DNA from: a bacterium
GTDB taxonomy: Bacteria; SZUA-182; DTGQ01
Direction of reading: 5' to 3'
DNA: 40,507 bases
NCBI GenBank assembly: GCA_040752695.1
Contig: JBFMGO010000044.1
Coordinates: 1 to 40,507 of the forward strand
In this document: positions 26,487 through 35,647 of the stretch, piece by piece
How positions within the stretch are numbered: the first letter of the stretch is position 1
How the letters are laid out: each line of letters opens with the position of its first letter
Translations under genes and position numbers: made by a program
The notes under the pieces: generated by a model
What the model was told of the DNA's origin: nothing
What the model saw: the letters and a program-made list of their open reading frames with translations, nothing else
The model's database searches: none

Positions 26487-29400
26487 ATGCAAAAACGGCT
26501 TGAAACTGCGGGAGAAGTGCACGATGTATCGGGCATAATAAAGAGGAAGGATCTCATCGCCATCATTCTATTCCTTATCTTGCTGCAGGGGAATCCGATT
26601 CGGGCGGGAGCCCTTGGAGGAAGGAGAAGGTCTCAGGCAGGAGGACGTCTTTTTTCCGGCCAAAACATCGGTTCCAAAAGAGAATCGGCTCCTGGCAGTC
26701 CACTGGAGAGTTTGGGAGGGAATAAGGCAAAGCAAACGGGAGGCGGGGATGATTGGATATCCAGGGCCGTCCGTTTTGAAAACTACCTGTCAGGCATGGA
26801 GGAAGGAGAAACAGGCCGCACCCTTTTGGTCAAAAGGGGACCGCGGATGAAAAGAACCGCTGTTCAGAAAGCGGAGAAAGCCCCTGACCACAGCCCTGCC
26901 ATGACCGCAGATGACAAAGGAAATATCTATCTGGTCTGGGAGCACGGCAATGAGCTCTTTTGGGCGGTCAATAAAGGAGGGGCCTGGACCGGCAGCGGAA
27001 AAATGCCGGGTGCGGGAGGGAGCCGTCCTGTTATCGTGTATATTCCGCATTTTTTCGCTCATGACCTGTCCATGGATCAAAATGGACCGAAAGACATGAA
27101 CACTCACCCGTCCGCTGACCAGGATCAGTCCGCGAATCCGGGCACCAACGCGGACCAGGATGCAATAGCCGGTGCAGCAGACCAGGGTGCAGAGGTTTGT
27201 GCGGAGCTTTTCTGTGCCTTTGAGTCGCTTACTGCACCCAAAAGGATCATGGGGTCGGCAGGTACACTTACTGACAGCGGAATTACCTGGAGTGAGCCAC
27301 TGGCACTGACCAGCGACAGGAATGAGGACTCCGGCATCGCCCTGATTGCAGACACGAGCGGACATCCTTTAATGCTCTGGCTGCAACGGGCATCTTATGA
27401 AGATGACTCCGACCTCTACTACCAGGTGATTGCCTCAACCGATTTATCCGCGACTGCAAACCAGATAGTGGCAGCCTCAGGCAGCGCAATGCAGGCGACA
27501 AACAGCGGGGGACAGGCTGCCAGCGGAGGTCAGACTCCAAACGGCAGTCCGGCTGCGGGTTCAGCCTCAGGCACTGGCACTGACGATGGCCGGGCCGCAC
27601 CCGCACCTTCAGCCGGAGGAGACCCTGTGCCGCCTTCGAACTGGGTGGGACAGGCTCCGGCCCCGATTGACATAGCCGGGCCCTTTTCTCCCTACGTTAC
27701 TTCAAACTGTGTGTCAATCCTTCTGACCAAAGCTACCATCAATCTCCCCAGCCAGATCCCAATGCTGGGAGAGACGGCCGAACTGGAAATAACGAACTTT
27801 ACATGCGCTAATTCAGGCGTTTCCACTGTCAGTTCTTCCGGTGTTCTGACTCCTGTAGCCATTGATGAACTGACTGCCCAATTAACCCTCGGCCCCCATC
27901 TTACTCTGGGCTTTAATTTATTCTCCCTTGGACAGGCTGCCATAGCTGCGGGGACCACTCCTGCCGGCGGGGGCTGCTGTCCTGCTGTTCAGGAAACGAT
28001 CTGGTCCCATGGTGGAAGTACTGCCTTTCTATATCTTTCGGAGCCTTTTCTTTTACATGCATGCGGCCAATCACTTGGAATATCCAGACTGGGCGTAGTC
28101 GGCGGGGTCGGAGCATCGTTCTCCTATATCAGATTTCCCGAAAATCCTGAAGTACCGAACCAATTCGTGACCCAACTCGCTGTGGCGATGGGCCCCCAGG
28201 AAGTTTTCAGCTCTTTGGGAAGTAAACTTCAGGGTTTTATTACTCTTGCGGGCGGCTATTCATTATCCTGGAGTGCCTCGGCCCGCTCCCGTCCTTCGTT
28301 TATCGGGACGCCCTTCATCGCTTTGAGCGGAGCGGTCAGATACGGCGGGGTCTGGGCTGGCGTATTGAGAAGGTTTGCCAGGGCTTATACCCCTGAAACG
28401 GGCGGAGGAAGCGGTTACCGAAGAGGCTGGTGCTGGGCTGGCTCCGCTAATGGTGGAGGCAGACCCTTTCGTGATCCCAATGTCAGCTATTCCAGTTCCG
28501 ACACCGCATCCTACCAGAGGGTGAGACCATGGAGCTATACAAGTATCAATAGGGGAGGGGGGAGCTTATGTGATCCCAATGCCGCTTTCTATCAAAGAGT
28601 ATGGCCATGGATCAGCCCCTATGTCTCGGAAGAAAAGGCAATGTCACAAAACAGCGTCTATTCCCTCCAGGGAGTAACCGAATCGGGCGATAATCTTTCC
28701 CCTCTCGATGAAGGTGATCTTCCTTACACGCAAAAACCATTAACCGTGCAGTCAGAAAAAGGCAAGCTGACCGAAACGATGTCCAGTATCATCGAGGAGG
28801 GGAAAGCACTGATGGATGAAATGCTGGAAACAGTCAAAGAGCCCCTTATCGGAACAGGTAATGTGTACGAAGGAAAGCCTGTCCTTTCGGATATATCAGG
28901 GGATATTTACAATGATGGAGTTGCGGCTGCTGCCAAAAACGGATCAGGAGAAATCGTGATCGTCTGGGCCAAGGCGTTTGCCGCCCAGACGCTCGGAACT
29001 AAGATCTGCACCGCTGCCTATACTCCCGCAGGAGGCTGGAGCAGCCCTGTTGAAGTGACTCCAAAGATCGATTTTCACGATGATCCGGCCATAGTCTTTG
29101 ACTCTGGTGACATTCCCATGGCCGTATGGCCGAGTGCATCCAATGAGGGACTTGACTATGAACAGAGTTCGGTTATGGAGATCATCGCAGCTTTTGAAAA
29201 AAAGGACCTCATGTATTCTCGGCGGATTGGCGGAAAGTGGTCGGATCCGAAACTCCTGGCCAAACTCCCTGGTATGGATGAGCAGGTCAGGCTTGCTGCC
29301 GGGCCCAATGATGAGATAACGGCCGTATGGATCAACCAGTCGGCCAAAGGCTCTTGCCTCTATGGCTCTTTATGGAACGGAAGCCGGTGGACCGAGCCGA

Positions 29401-29723
29401 AGGCTATCTCCAATGCTGCCCTGGCCGAATCACCGCAAGTTGTCTACACAGACAAAACCCCTTCCGTTGTCTGGGCTCAGGATACGGATGGCCAGATAAA
29501 CACATCAGAGGACTGGAAACTTTATTTTTCCCGTTGGGACGGCACATCCTGGCGTTCCCAGCCGTTACTTTTCAGTGAAGACACGCCTGGTGAAAAGGCT
29601 ATAAATCGAAGGAGACTCCCAGGCAGATTGAATGTACGTACTCCTGTAAGAAAAAGAGGTGGTGGAAGAAGAGCCACTACCGTCTTCAAAGAAGGAGCAA
29701 CAGATTATGCAAATAAGACTTAA
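26487..29723 (+). CDS. Large secreted protein, paralog 2
   Basis: GAGGAG RBS; shares PDHSP, EHGNEL.WA, DD.DLYYQVI, D.YNDG and VWAQDTDG blocks with its neighbours; exact start uncertain. Confidence 0.8.
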   Translation: MQKRLETAGEVHDVSGIIKRKDLIAIILFLILLQGNPIRAGALGGRRRSQAGGRLFSGQNIGSKRESAPGSPLESLGGNKAKQTGGGDDWISRAVRFENYLSGMEEGETGRTLLVKRGPRMKRTAVQKAEKAPDHSPAMTADDKGNIYLVWEHGNELFWAVNKGGAWTGSGKMPGAGGSRPVIVYIPHFFAHDLSMDQNGPKDMNTHPSADQDQSANPGTNADQDAIAGAADQGAEVCAELFCAFESLTAPKRIMGSAGTLTDSGITWSEPLALTSDRNEDSGIALIADTSGHPLMLWLQRASYEDDSDLYYQVIASTDLSATANQIVAASGSAMQATNSGGQAASGGQTPNGSPAAGSASGTGTDDGRAAPAPSAGGDPVPPSNWVGQAPAPIDIAGPFSPYVTSNCVSILLTKATINLPSQIPMLGETAELEITNFTCANSGVSTVSSSGVLTPVAIDELTAQLTLGPHLTLGFNLFSLGQAAIAAGTTPAGGGCCPAVQETIWSHGGSTAFLYLSEPFLLHACGQSLGISRLGVVGGVGASFSYIRFPENPEVPNQFVTQLAVAMGPQEVFSSLGSKLQGFITLAGGYSLSWSASARSRPSFIGTPFIALSGAVRYGGVWAGVLRRFARAYTPETGGGSGYRRGWCWAGSANGGGRPFRDPNVSYSSSDTASYQRVRPWSYTSINRGGGSLCDPNAAFYQRVWPWISPYVSEEKAMSQNSVYSLQGVTESGDNLSPLDEGDLPYTQKPLTVQSEKGKLTETMSSIIEEGKALMDEMLETVKEPLIGTGNVYEGKPVLSDISGDIYNDGVAAAAKNGSGEIVIVWAKAFAAQTLGTKICTAAYTPAGGWSSPVEVTPKIDFHDDPAIVFDSGDIPMAVWPSASNEGLDYEQSSVMEIIAAFEKKDLMYSRRIGGKWSDPKLLAKLPGMDEQVRLAAGPNDEITAVWINQSAKGSCLYGSLWNGSRWTEPKAISNAALAESPQVVYTDKTPSVVWAQDTDGQINTSEDWKLYFSRWDGTSWRSQPLLFSEDTPGEKAINRRRLPGRLNVRTPVRKRGGGRRATTVFKEGATDYANKT

Positions 29724-29881
29724 GTCAGGCCGCGCTTTAGATATCGACCAGTTTTTTTGCGGGTTTTTCTGCATTGCAGGAAATAAAGAGCAGGGCTTTG
29801 CCCTGCTTATTCTTTTCCCTGCCGATTCCAACTGGCCGCGTATTGAAGCCGTCATGTACTTGGGATTTGCAGGAGAAAGCT

Positions 29882-32836
29882 ATGATATATTCCAGCATGT
29901 TAAAAAGAAAGGGCTTGATTGCGATATTTATATCCCTTGCCCTGCTGCAGGGCAACTCAATTCCGGCTAAAGGGGTACTGGGAGGAAGGAGAAAGCTTTC
30001 GACGAGGCGCCAGATTCGTCCTCCCGTCGAAAGGAATACTGAAGACATCAATACCGCAGACAACGGCATGGATCGAAGCTGTGGAGGTCTGGACCTGGCC
30101 GTTGATAGGGAGGATTGGCTATCCAGAATTATCCATATCGAAAATTTCCCATCAGCCAGAGCGGGGGCAGGTGACAGGAAAGCGGACGGATTTCCCGTTG
30201 CGGGTAAGGAGAGTATTGCCGGGGCTATTCGGAGAAGGAAAAAGGCACCCGCTCAGGAAAACGAGAAGGCCCCGGACCATAATCCTGCCGTGGCCAGTGA
30301 TAATGAAGGGAATATCTACCTGGTCTGGGAGCATGGCAACGAGCTCTTTTGGGCTGTCAACAAAGGAGGAACCTGGACCGGCAGCGGCAAAGTGCCGGGC
30401 ACCGGAGGAAGTCACCCTGTACTAATTTCCATCCCTCGAATCCCCGCAGACAATGCACCGATACCTGCAGGCCAGGACGCAACAGCGAATGAAGGCCAGG
30501 GGAGCGGAAGCCAAAAGAGCTGTGCCTGTCTTTTCTGTGCCTGGGAATCCCTGACCTCCACTACAAAGATCATGGGTTCAAAAGGCACACTTACGACCAC
30601 GGGGATCGCCTGGAGCGAGCCGCAGGCTCTGACCGGGGATGAAAACGGCGACTTTTGTCCTGTTCTGGTTGTAGACAAAAGCCAGCGTCCTGTTATGCTC
30701 TGGCTGCAGCGTGCATCTTTCGACGATGATTCCGACCTCTACTACCAGGTGATTACCTCACCTTGTGCATGTCCTGATGCCGATCAGGCAATAGTCTTAG
30801 CTCCTGATGGCGGAATGCAGGCAACAGGCTCAGAGGAGGGAAGCTATCTACCGGATTCAATCAGTGCACTACAGGCATCAAATTCACAGGCAGCAGCTTC
30901 GACTTCGACCCCTGGGGGCAGGGCTGCGCCATCGACTCCGGCAGGGGGAGATCCGCCTTCGAATTGGGTTGGCCAGCCAGCTCCTATTGACCTGACCGGG
31001 CCTATTCCTCCCTATCTTTCTTCAAACTGCGTGGCCATTGTTCTAACCAAAGCCACCATCAACTTTCCCAGTCAGATCCCAATACTGGGAGAAACGGCTA
31101 ATCTGGAAATAACGGGCTACGTGTGCGGCAATTCAGGCGTTTCCCTTCGTGGTTCTCGTGATATCGTGGCTCCCGTGGCCATCGACGAACTGCAGGCGGT
31201 ACTGTCATTCGGCCCCCATCTTAGCCTGGGATTTAACATGTTCGCTCTTGGTCAAGTTGTTCTCACTACCCCTGGTAACGCTCCTGCCGACAGTGAGGGA
31301 ATCGGCTCCGCTGTTCAGGGAACGGTCGTGACCTATGGCGGAAGTGATTCATTTTTGTATCTTTCCAATCCTATCCCTCTCTCTGCCTGCGGCCAGCAGA
31401 TGGGATCTACCAGACTAGGCACAGCCGGTGCGATCGGCGTATCCTTCTCCTTTGTCAGGGCACCCAACAATCCTGAAATACCGCGTGAATTCGTAACCCA
31501 GATCAGTCTGGGACTCGGGCCTGAGCAAACTTTCCGGTCTTTGGATAGTAAAATCCAGGGCTTTCTTCTTCTTGCCGGAGGCTATGCGTTGAATTATATC
31601 GTTCCATCCCGCTCCCGCCCTACACTTTCACAAAAAACCTTTCTCAACCTGAGTGGGGCATTGAGATTCGGAGGGGATTGGGCCGCCCTGCTAACCAGGT
31701 TTACCAAAACCTTTACCCTGAGGGAACTGGGCGGATGGGGCGACCCGAATACCGCCTCTAACCGAAGGTGGGGGAATTGGCCCTCCGTGGGGAAAAAGAT
31801 CAACTGGGGTGATCCCAATTCCGCCAGTTATCGTAAAGTGCGGCCATTCGGTTATTGCTCTTCCTATGGAGAAAATGAGGGGAGTGATCCCAATTCCTCT
31901 CAAAGGCCGGGGCAGTCGCGAAAAGATAAGCTGGTGAAAACCATGACCAGCATCATGGAAGATGGAAATATTCTGGTAGATGAAATGATGGAAACCGTCA
32001 AAGAGCCCCTTACCGGAACAAGCAATGTCTATGAAGGCAAGACTGTCCTTAAGGATATATCAGGGGATATCTACAATGATGGAATTCCAGCGGTAGCCAG
32101 AAGCGGATCAGGGGAAATCATGGTGGTCTGGGTCAAAGCCTTTCCCGCTCAGGCCCTTGGTACCAGGGTCTATGCTGCAACCTATGATACAGAAGGCTGG
32201 AGCAGCCCCGTTGAAGTGACTCCGAAGATCGATTTCCACGAAGCCCCGTCCGTAGCCTTCGACTCCTGCGGCACGCCTATGGTTGTGTGGTCGAGTGCAT
32301 CCAATGAGGGGCTTGACTATGAACAAAGCCCGGTTATGGACATTCTTGCGGCTTTTGAAAAAGAGGATCTCATGTATTCTCAGCGGGTGAAGGGAAAGTG
32401 GACAGAACCAAAACCGCTGGCCAAACTCCCTGGTACGGATAAGCAGGTGGACCTCGCTGCAGGTCCCAATGGCGAGATCGTTGCAGTGTGGATCAATCAG
32501 TCGAAAAAAGGCTCCTGCCTCTGTGGCTCTTTCTGGAATGGAACGCGGTGGACAGATCCTGCGGTTATCGCCAGGTCTGTGCTGGCCGAATCACCTGAAG
32601 TTATCTACACAGCCCAAAAACCTGCGGTCATCTGGGCACAGGATACGGATGGCCAGATAGATATAGCCGGCGACTGGGGACTTTATTTTTCAAGATGGGA
32701 TGGCGCATACTGGCGGTCTTTGCCTTTATCGTTGACTTCCTCCCCCAGTGAAAAGGACATAAAAAAGAAGACACTGCGCGGGCTCAGGAAAAACCTGCAC
32801 CAGTCCGGGAAAAAGGGGGGAAACAGGGAAGAGTAA
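29882..32836 (+). CDS. Large secreted protein, paralog 3
   Basis: AGGAG RBS before ATG 29882; same conserved blocks. Confidence 0.8.
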   Translation: MIYSSMLKRKGLIAIFISLALLQGNSIPAKGVLGGRRKLSTRRQIRPPVERNTEDINTADNGMDRSCGGLDLAVDREDWLSRIIHIENFPSARAGAGDRKADGFPVAGKESIAGAIRRRKKAPAQENEKAPDHNPAVASDNEGNIYLVWEHGNELFWAVNKGGTWTGSGKVPGTGGSHPVLISIPRIPADNAPIPAGQDATANEGQGSGSQKSCACLFCAWESLTSTTKIMGSKGTLTTTGIAWSEPQALTGDENGDFCPVLVVDKSQRPVMLWLQRASFDDDSDLYYQVITSPCACPDADQAIVLAPDGGMQATGSEEGSYLPDSISALQASNSQAAASTSTPGGRAAPSTPAGGDPPSNWVGQPAPIDLTGPIPPYLSSNCVAIVLTKATINFPSQIPILGETANLEITGYVCGNSGVSLRGSRDIVAPVAIDELQAVLSFGPHLSLGFNMFALGQVVLTTPGNAPADSEGIGSAVQGTVVTYGGSDSFLYLSNPIPLSACGQQMGSTRLGTAGAIGVSFSFVRAPNNPEIPREFVTQISLGLGPEQTFRSLDSKIQGFLLLAGGYALNYIVPSRSRPTLSQKTFLNLSGALRFGGDWAALLTRFTKTFTLRELGGWGDPNTASNRRWGNWPSVGKKINWGDPNSASYRKVRPFGYCSSYGENEGSDPNSSQRPGQSRKDKLVKTMTSIMEDGNILVDEMMETVKEPLTGTSNVYEGKTVLKDISGDIYNDGIPAVARSGSGEIMVVWVKAFPAQALGTRVYAATYDTEGWSSPVEVTPKIDFHEAPSVAFDSCGTPMVVWSSASNEGLDYEQSPVMDILAAFEKEDLMYSQRVKGKWTEPKPLAKLPGTDKQVDLAAGPNGEIVAVWINQSKKGSCLCGSFWNGTRWTDPAVIARSVLAESPEVIYTAQKPAVIWAQDTDGQIDIAGDWGLYFSRWDGAYWRSLPLSLTSSPSEKDIKKKTLRGLRKNLHQSGKKGGNREE

Positions 32837-32881
32837 GAGGGGGAACAATAAGGCCGCAAGTCAGAAGGATCACCTTGAAAT

Positions 32882-32935
32882 AATGGGTGAAGGGGCGGAA
32901 TTTTAAAATTTCCATCCTTCACCCATTTTCATTTT
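32882..32935 (+). terminator. Intrinsic terminator after the three paralogs
   Basis: 12-bp arms aatgggtgaagg / ccttcacccatt followed by ttcatttt. Confidence 0.7.
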
Positions 32936-33016
32936 CTCCCTTGCAGCAAAAATCGGTTGTCCGGACGATAAGTCTATATGTCTTTTTCCCATTATTTCGA
33001 TAAAAGGTATTCATTT

Positions 33017-33066
33017 GGTTATTGACGGTTATTGACGGTTATTGATGGTTATTGACGGTTATTGAT
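33017..33066. repeat. 5 x 10-bp tandem repeat (ggttattgaY)
   Basis: Directly visible; ends 3 nt before the AAGGAG RBS. Confidence 0.95.
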
Positions 33067-33081
33067 GGCAAGGAGAAAAAA

Positions 33082-33528
33082 ATGAAATTGTTTAGCAACA
33101 GCTTTCAACACCAGCAAAAGATACCTGCCAAACATACATGTGATGGACAAAATGTTTCTCCTCACCTTTCCTGGTCTGATGCACCAGCAGAAACCTCCAG
33201 TTTTGCCCTTTCTCTTACTGACCCGGACGCGCCGGGAGGGAATTTCATCCATTGGCTGATTTACGATATACCCAAAGGCGTTTTTGAAATCCCTGAAGAA
33301 GGACCCCTTCCTGCAGGGGCAAAGGAAGTCGCCAACGATTTCGGAAGAAGAAGTTATGGAGGTCCCTGCCCTCCTTCAGGGACTCACCGGTATTTCTTTA
33401 CACTCTATGCTCTGAAGGCCAGAGAATTAAGAGAAATTACCAGGATGAATTTTCAAAAGGAGATTCAAAAAAATACCCTGGCCACAGCAGAATTGGTAGG
33501 ACTGTATTCGCGCGAAAAAAACAGGTGA
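33082..33528 (+). CDS. YbhB/YbcL family Raf kinase inhibitor-like (PEBP) protein
   Basis: TCDG.NVSP.L.W, DPDAP, F.HW, YGGPCPPSGTHRY.F.LYAL. Confidence 0.93.
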   Translation: MKLFSNSFQHQQKIPAKHTCDGQNVSPHLSWSDAPAETSSFALSLTDPDAPGGNFIHWLIYDIPKGVFEIPEEGPLPAGAKEVANDFGRRSYGGPCPPSGTHRYFFTLYALKARELREITRMNFQKEIQKNTLATAELVGLYSREKNR

Positions 33529-33687
33529 TAACGGTTTTTGGCTGTCACCTGCCTGCATGAGTCACAAGGAAAAGGAAAGGGGTGACGGGGCGGGCTGGTA
33601 AACCGCCATAGCCAGGCAGGTTCGTTCAGTGAAAGAAGTCGTTTAAGGGAAATAAAAAGGCACAAGAGGGCAGGCGAAAGAAAGGAA

Positions 33688-34932
33688 ATGGATTCCGTGT
33701 CAGGCAAAGCAGGAAACCATGAATATCAGCCCACTCCACCGGCTTTTTACTGTCAGGGTACCAAACAAAAAAGGCAGAGGGCCAGATTCCGCTTCCTTGC
33801 AGCCTTGATGGAAGGTATGATGGAGACTGTTCTGATAGTAAATCCGAAAACCGGACTCGTCGAGTACGCAAACAAGGCTGCACTCAAGATGTTTGATTGT
33901 CGACTCGAAGATGTACTCAATCATCCCCCTGATATTTTCTGCCATTGGGAAAACCGGCTAAAATTCCATGAAGAGGTCATTCGCTCCTCCCTTAAGGAGA
34001 GTGGATGGGAGGGAGAGATCAGGGGCGTGCGCAAAAACGGCGAGCCTTTTACCTCCTGGCTGCGGGCCTTCAGTCTTAAAAACAGAGATGGCCTGCCCTG
34101 GGTGCTGGCTATTGTGCAGCGTGATCTGACGGCGGAGAAAAGCCTCGACGGGCAATTCCTGCAGACAGGCAAATACTCCGCCGTTGAGCAAAAAGCCAGG
34201 GAGATCGCTCATGAATTTAACAACCTGACCACTATCCTGTATGGCTATATCGATTTTATGCTCCGAAAGGAGGGATTGACTCCCGAGCTTGAGAAAGACC
34301 TCAAAACTATTCATGGTATCGGCCAAAAAGCTACTCTCATAGCGCGGCAGTTGTTGAACCTTTCCCAGCCCCCGGAGAAGAAGAGAACGGTCATGGAACT
34401 GGCACCTTTGATCCACGAAACACTCCGGATAGTTTCCCAGGAATTTGAAAATCAGGGGATTCAAGCGGAAATTATTCATCATCAGCCCACCTCTGTCCTC
34501 CTCGATCCTGCTCAAATCAGCCAGGTTCTCCTCAACCTTTGTATCAATGCGCAGCAGGCCATGGCTGAAACACCTAAAAAGGTCTTGCGTATCGAAACAG
34601 GCCAGGAAGAAGGCTTCGCCTTCCTGAAAATTTCCGACACAGGATGTGGAATCTCAACAGAAAATCAACATAAGATCTTTCAACCCTTTTTCACAACCAA
34701 GGAGGTAACCGCCGAGGGCGAAAAAGGCTTAGGTCATGGGTTGGGCCTGGTCGTTGTCAAGAAAATCGTAGAAGATCACGGAGGGACGATTACCGTGCAG
34801 AGCAGTGCAGGAAATGGGACGGTCTTTACGGTTTACCTGCCGCTCTCGCTCCCCGATGTCAGCCGGGAGGAAACGTACTTCCACCCAAAAGACTTTTCAT
34901 TTCCAGGGGAAGATGATTTTAATTACCGATAA
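33688..34932 (+). CDS. Cytoplasmic PAS-domain sensor histidine kinase
   Basis: PAS/PAC (W.GEI...RKNGE.F), H-box IAHEFNN, N-box NLCINA, DTGCG, FQPFFTTK, GHGLGL. Confidence 0.92.
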   Translation: MDSVSGKAGNHEYQPTPPAFYCQGTKQKRQRARFRFLAALMEGMMETVLIVNPKTGLVEYANKAALKMFDCRLEDVLNHPPDIFCHWENRLKFHEEVIRSSLKESGWEGEIRGVRKNGEPFTSWLRAFSLKNRDGLPWVLAIVQRDLTAEKSLDGQFLQTGKYSAVEQKAREIAHEFNNLTTILYGYIDFMLRKEGLTPELEKDLKTIHGIGQKATLIARQLLNLSQPPEKKRTVMELAPLIHETLRIVSQEFENQGIQAEIIHHQPTSVLLDPAQISQVLLNLCINAQQAMAETPKKVLRIETGQEEGFAFLKISDTGCGISTENQHKIFQPFFTTKEVTAEGEKGLGHGLGLVVVKKIVEDHGGTITVQSSAGNGTVFTVYLPLSLPDVSREETYFHPKDFSFPGEDDFNYR

Positions 34933-34963
34933 GGGTTCATCAGCGACCAGTGGCTGGCGGTCG

Positions 34964-35072
34964 GTAAGCAAGACCGGCCTCAGAGTGAGCAGGGCCGGGG
35001 ACAGTGAGCAAGCCCGACTGCGCAAGTGAGCAAATCCGGTGTTCAGTGAACAAGTCCGGTGTTCAATGAGCG
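34964..35072. repeat. About 6 degenerate ~20-bp direct repeats (gtgagcaa..ccgg)
   Basis: Cores start at 34964, 34985, 35004, 35026, 35046 and 35066. Confidence 0.6.
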
Positions 35073-35257
35073 AGGACAGCAATTCTCCGTTTATGGTACA
35101 AAATTTGCAGGAATCAATGTATGTCTCGTATTATCCATCTTGGTTTCACTCTACATTTTATGAGGTCTTGATATATACCAAAAGGCGCATCCTAAAAGTG
35201 ATGAGCAGTATGGTTATGGTAATACCAAAACCTTCACATCAGGCGGGAGATGAATCT

Positions 35258-35500
35258 ATGAAGAGGGTACAAATTTTAGGTACTAATTGTTCAAGATGCA
35301 AGAAACTGGCGGAGAATGTGGAAGCTGCCGCTAAAGCTCTTGGCTTGCTCTATAAGATTGAAAAAGTAGAGGTTAACAATCCCGCCGCGATCATGAATCT
35401 GGGTATGACCTTGATGCCGGCACTTGCCATTGGCGGCCAGATCAAAATTGCAGGCAGAGTGCCTTCGGTCGCTGAGCTTCAGAAGATGCTGATTTTATAA
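35258..35500 (+). CDS. Small redox-active disulfide protein (thioredoxin-like, MTH895 type)
   Basis: ILGTNCSRCKKL...PALAI.G.....GRVPS; 80 aa; GGGAG RBS. Confidence 0.85.
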   Translation: MKRVQILGTNCSRCKKLAENVEAAAKALGLLYKIEKVEVNNPAAIMNLGMTLMPALAIGGQIKIAGRVPSVAELQKMLIL

Positions 35501-35576
35501 TCAGGTCTCTTCCCTGTCAGAAAATAGCACCCCGGCTGTAATTTCCTGTCATATCAGCGTTGAGCCGAAATGGGGA

Positions 35577-35604
35577 GGGGCACCCAGCTCAAAAAGGGTG
35601 CCCC
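35577..35604. terminator. Hairpin between convergent genes
   Basis: ggggcaccc-N10-gggtgcccc. Confidence 0.45.
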
Positions 35605-35647
35605 ATGGAGAAGAAAAACATTTTTCTTCTGTGAAAATATGGATCTT

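Noticed and set aside
35039..35257. N-terminal extension of the thioredoxin-like ORF
   Set aside because: Family match and RBS begin at ATG 35258
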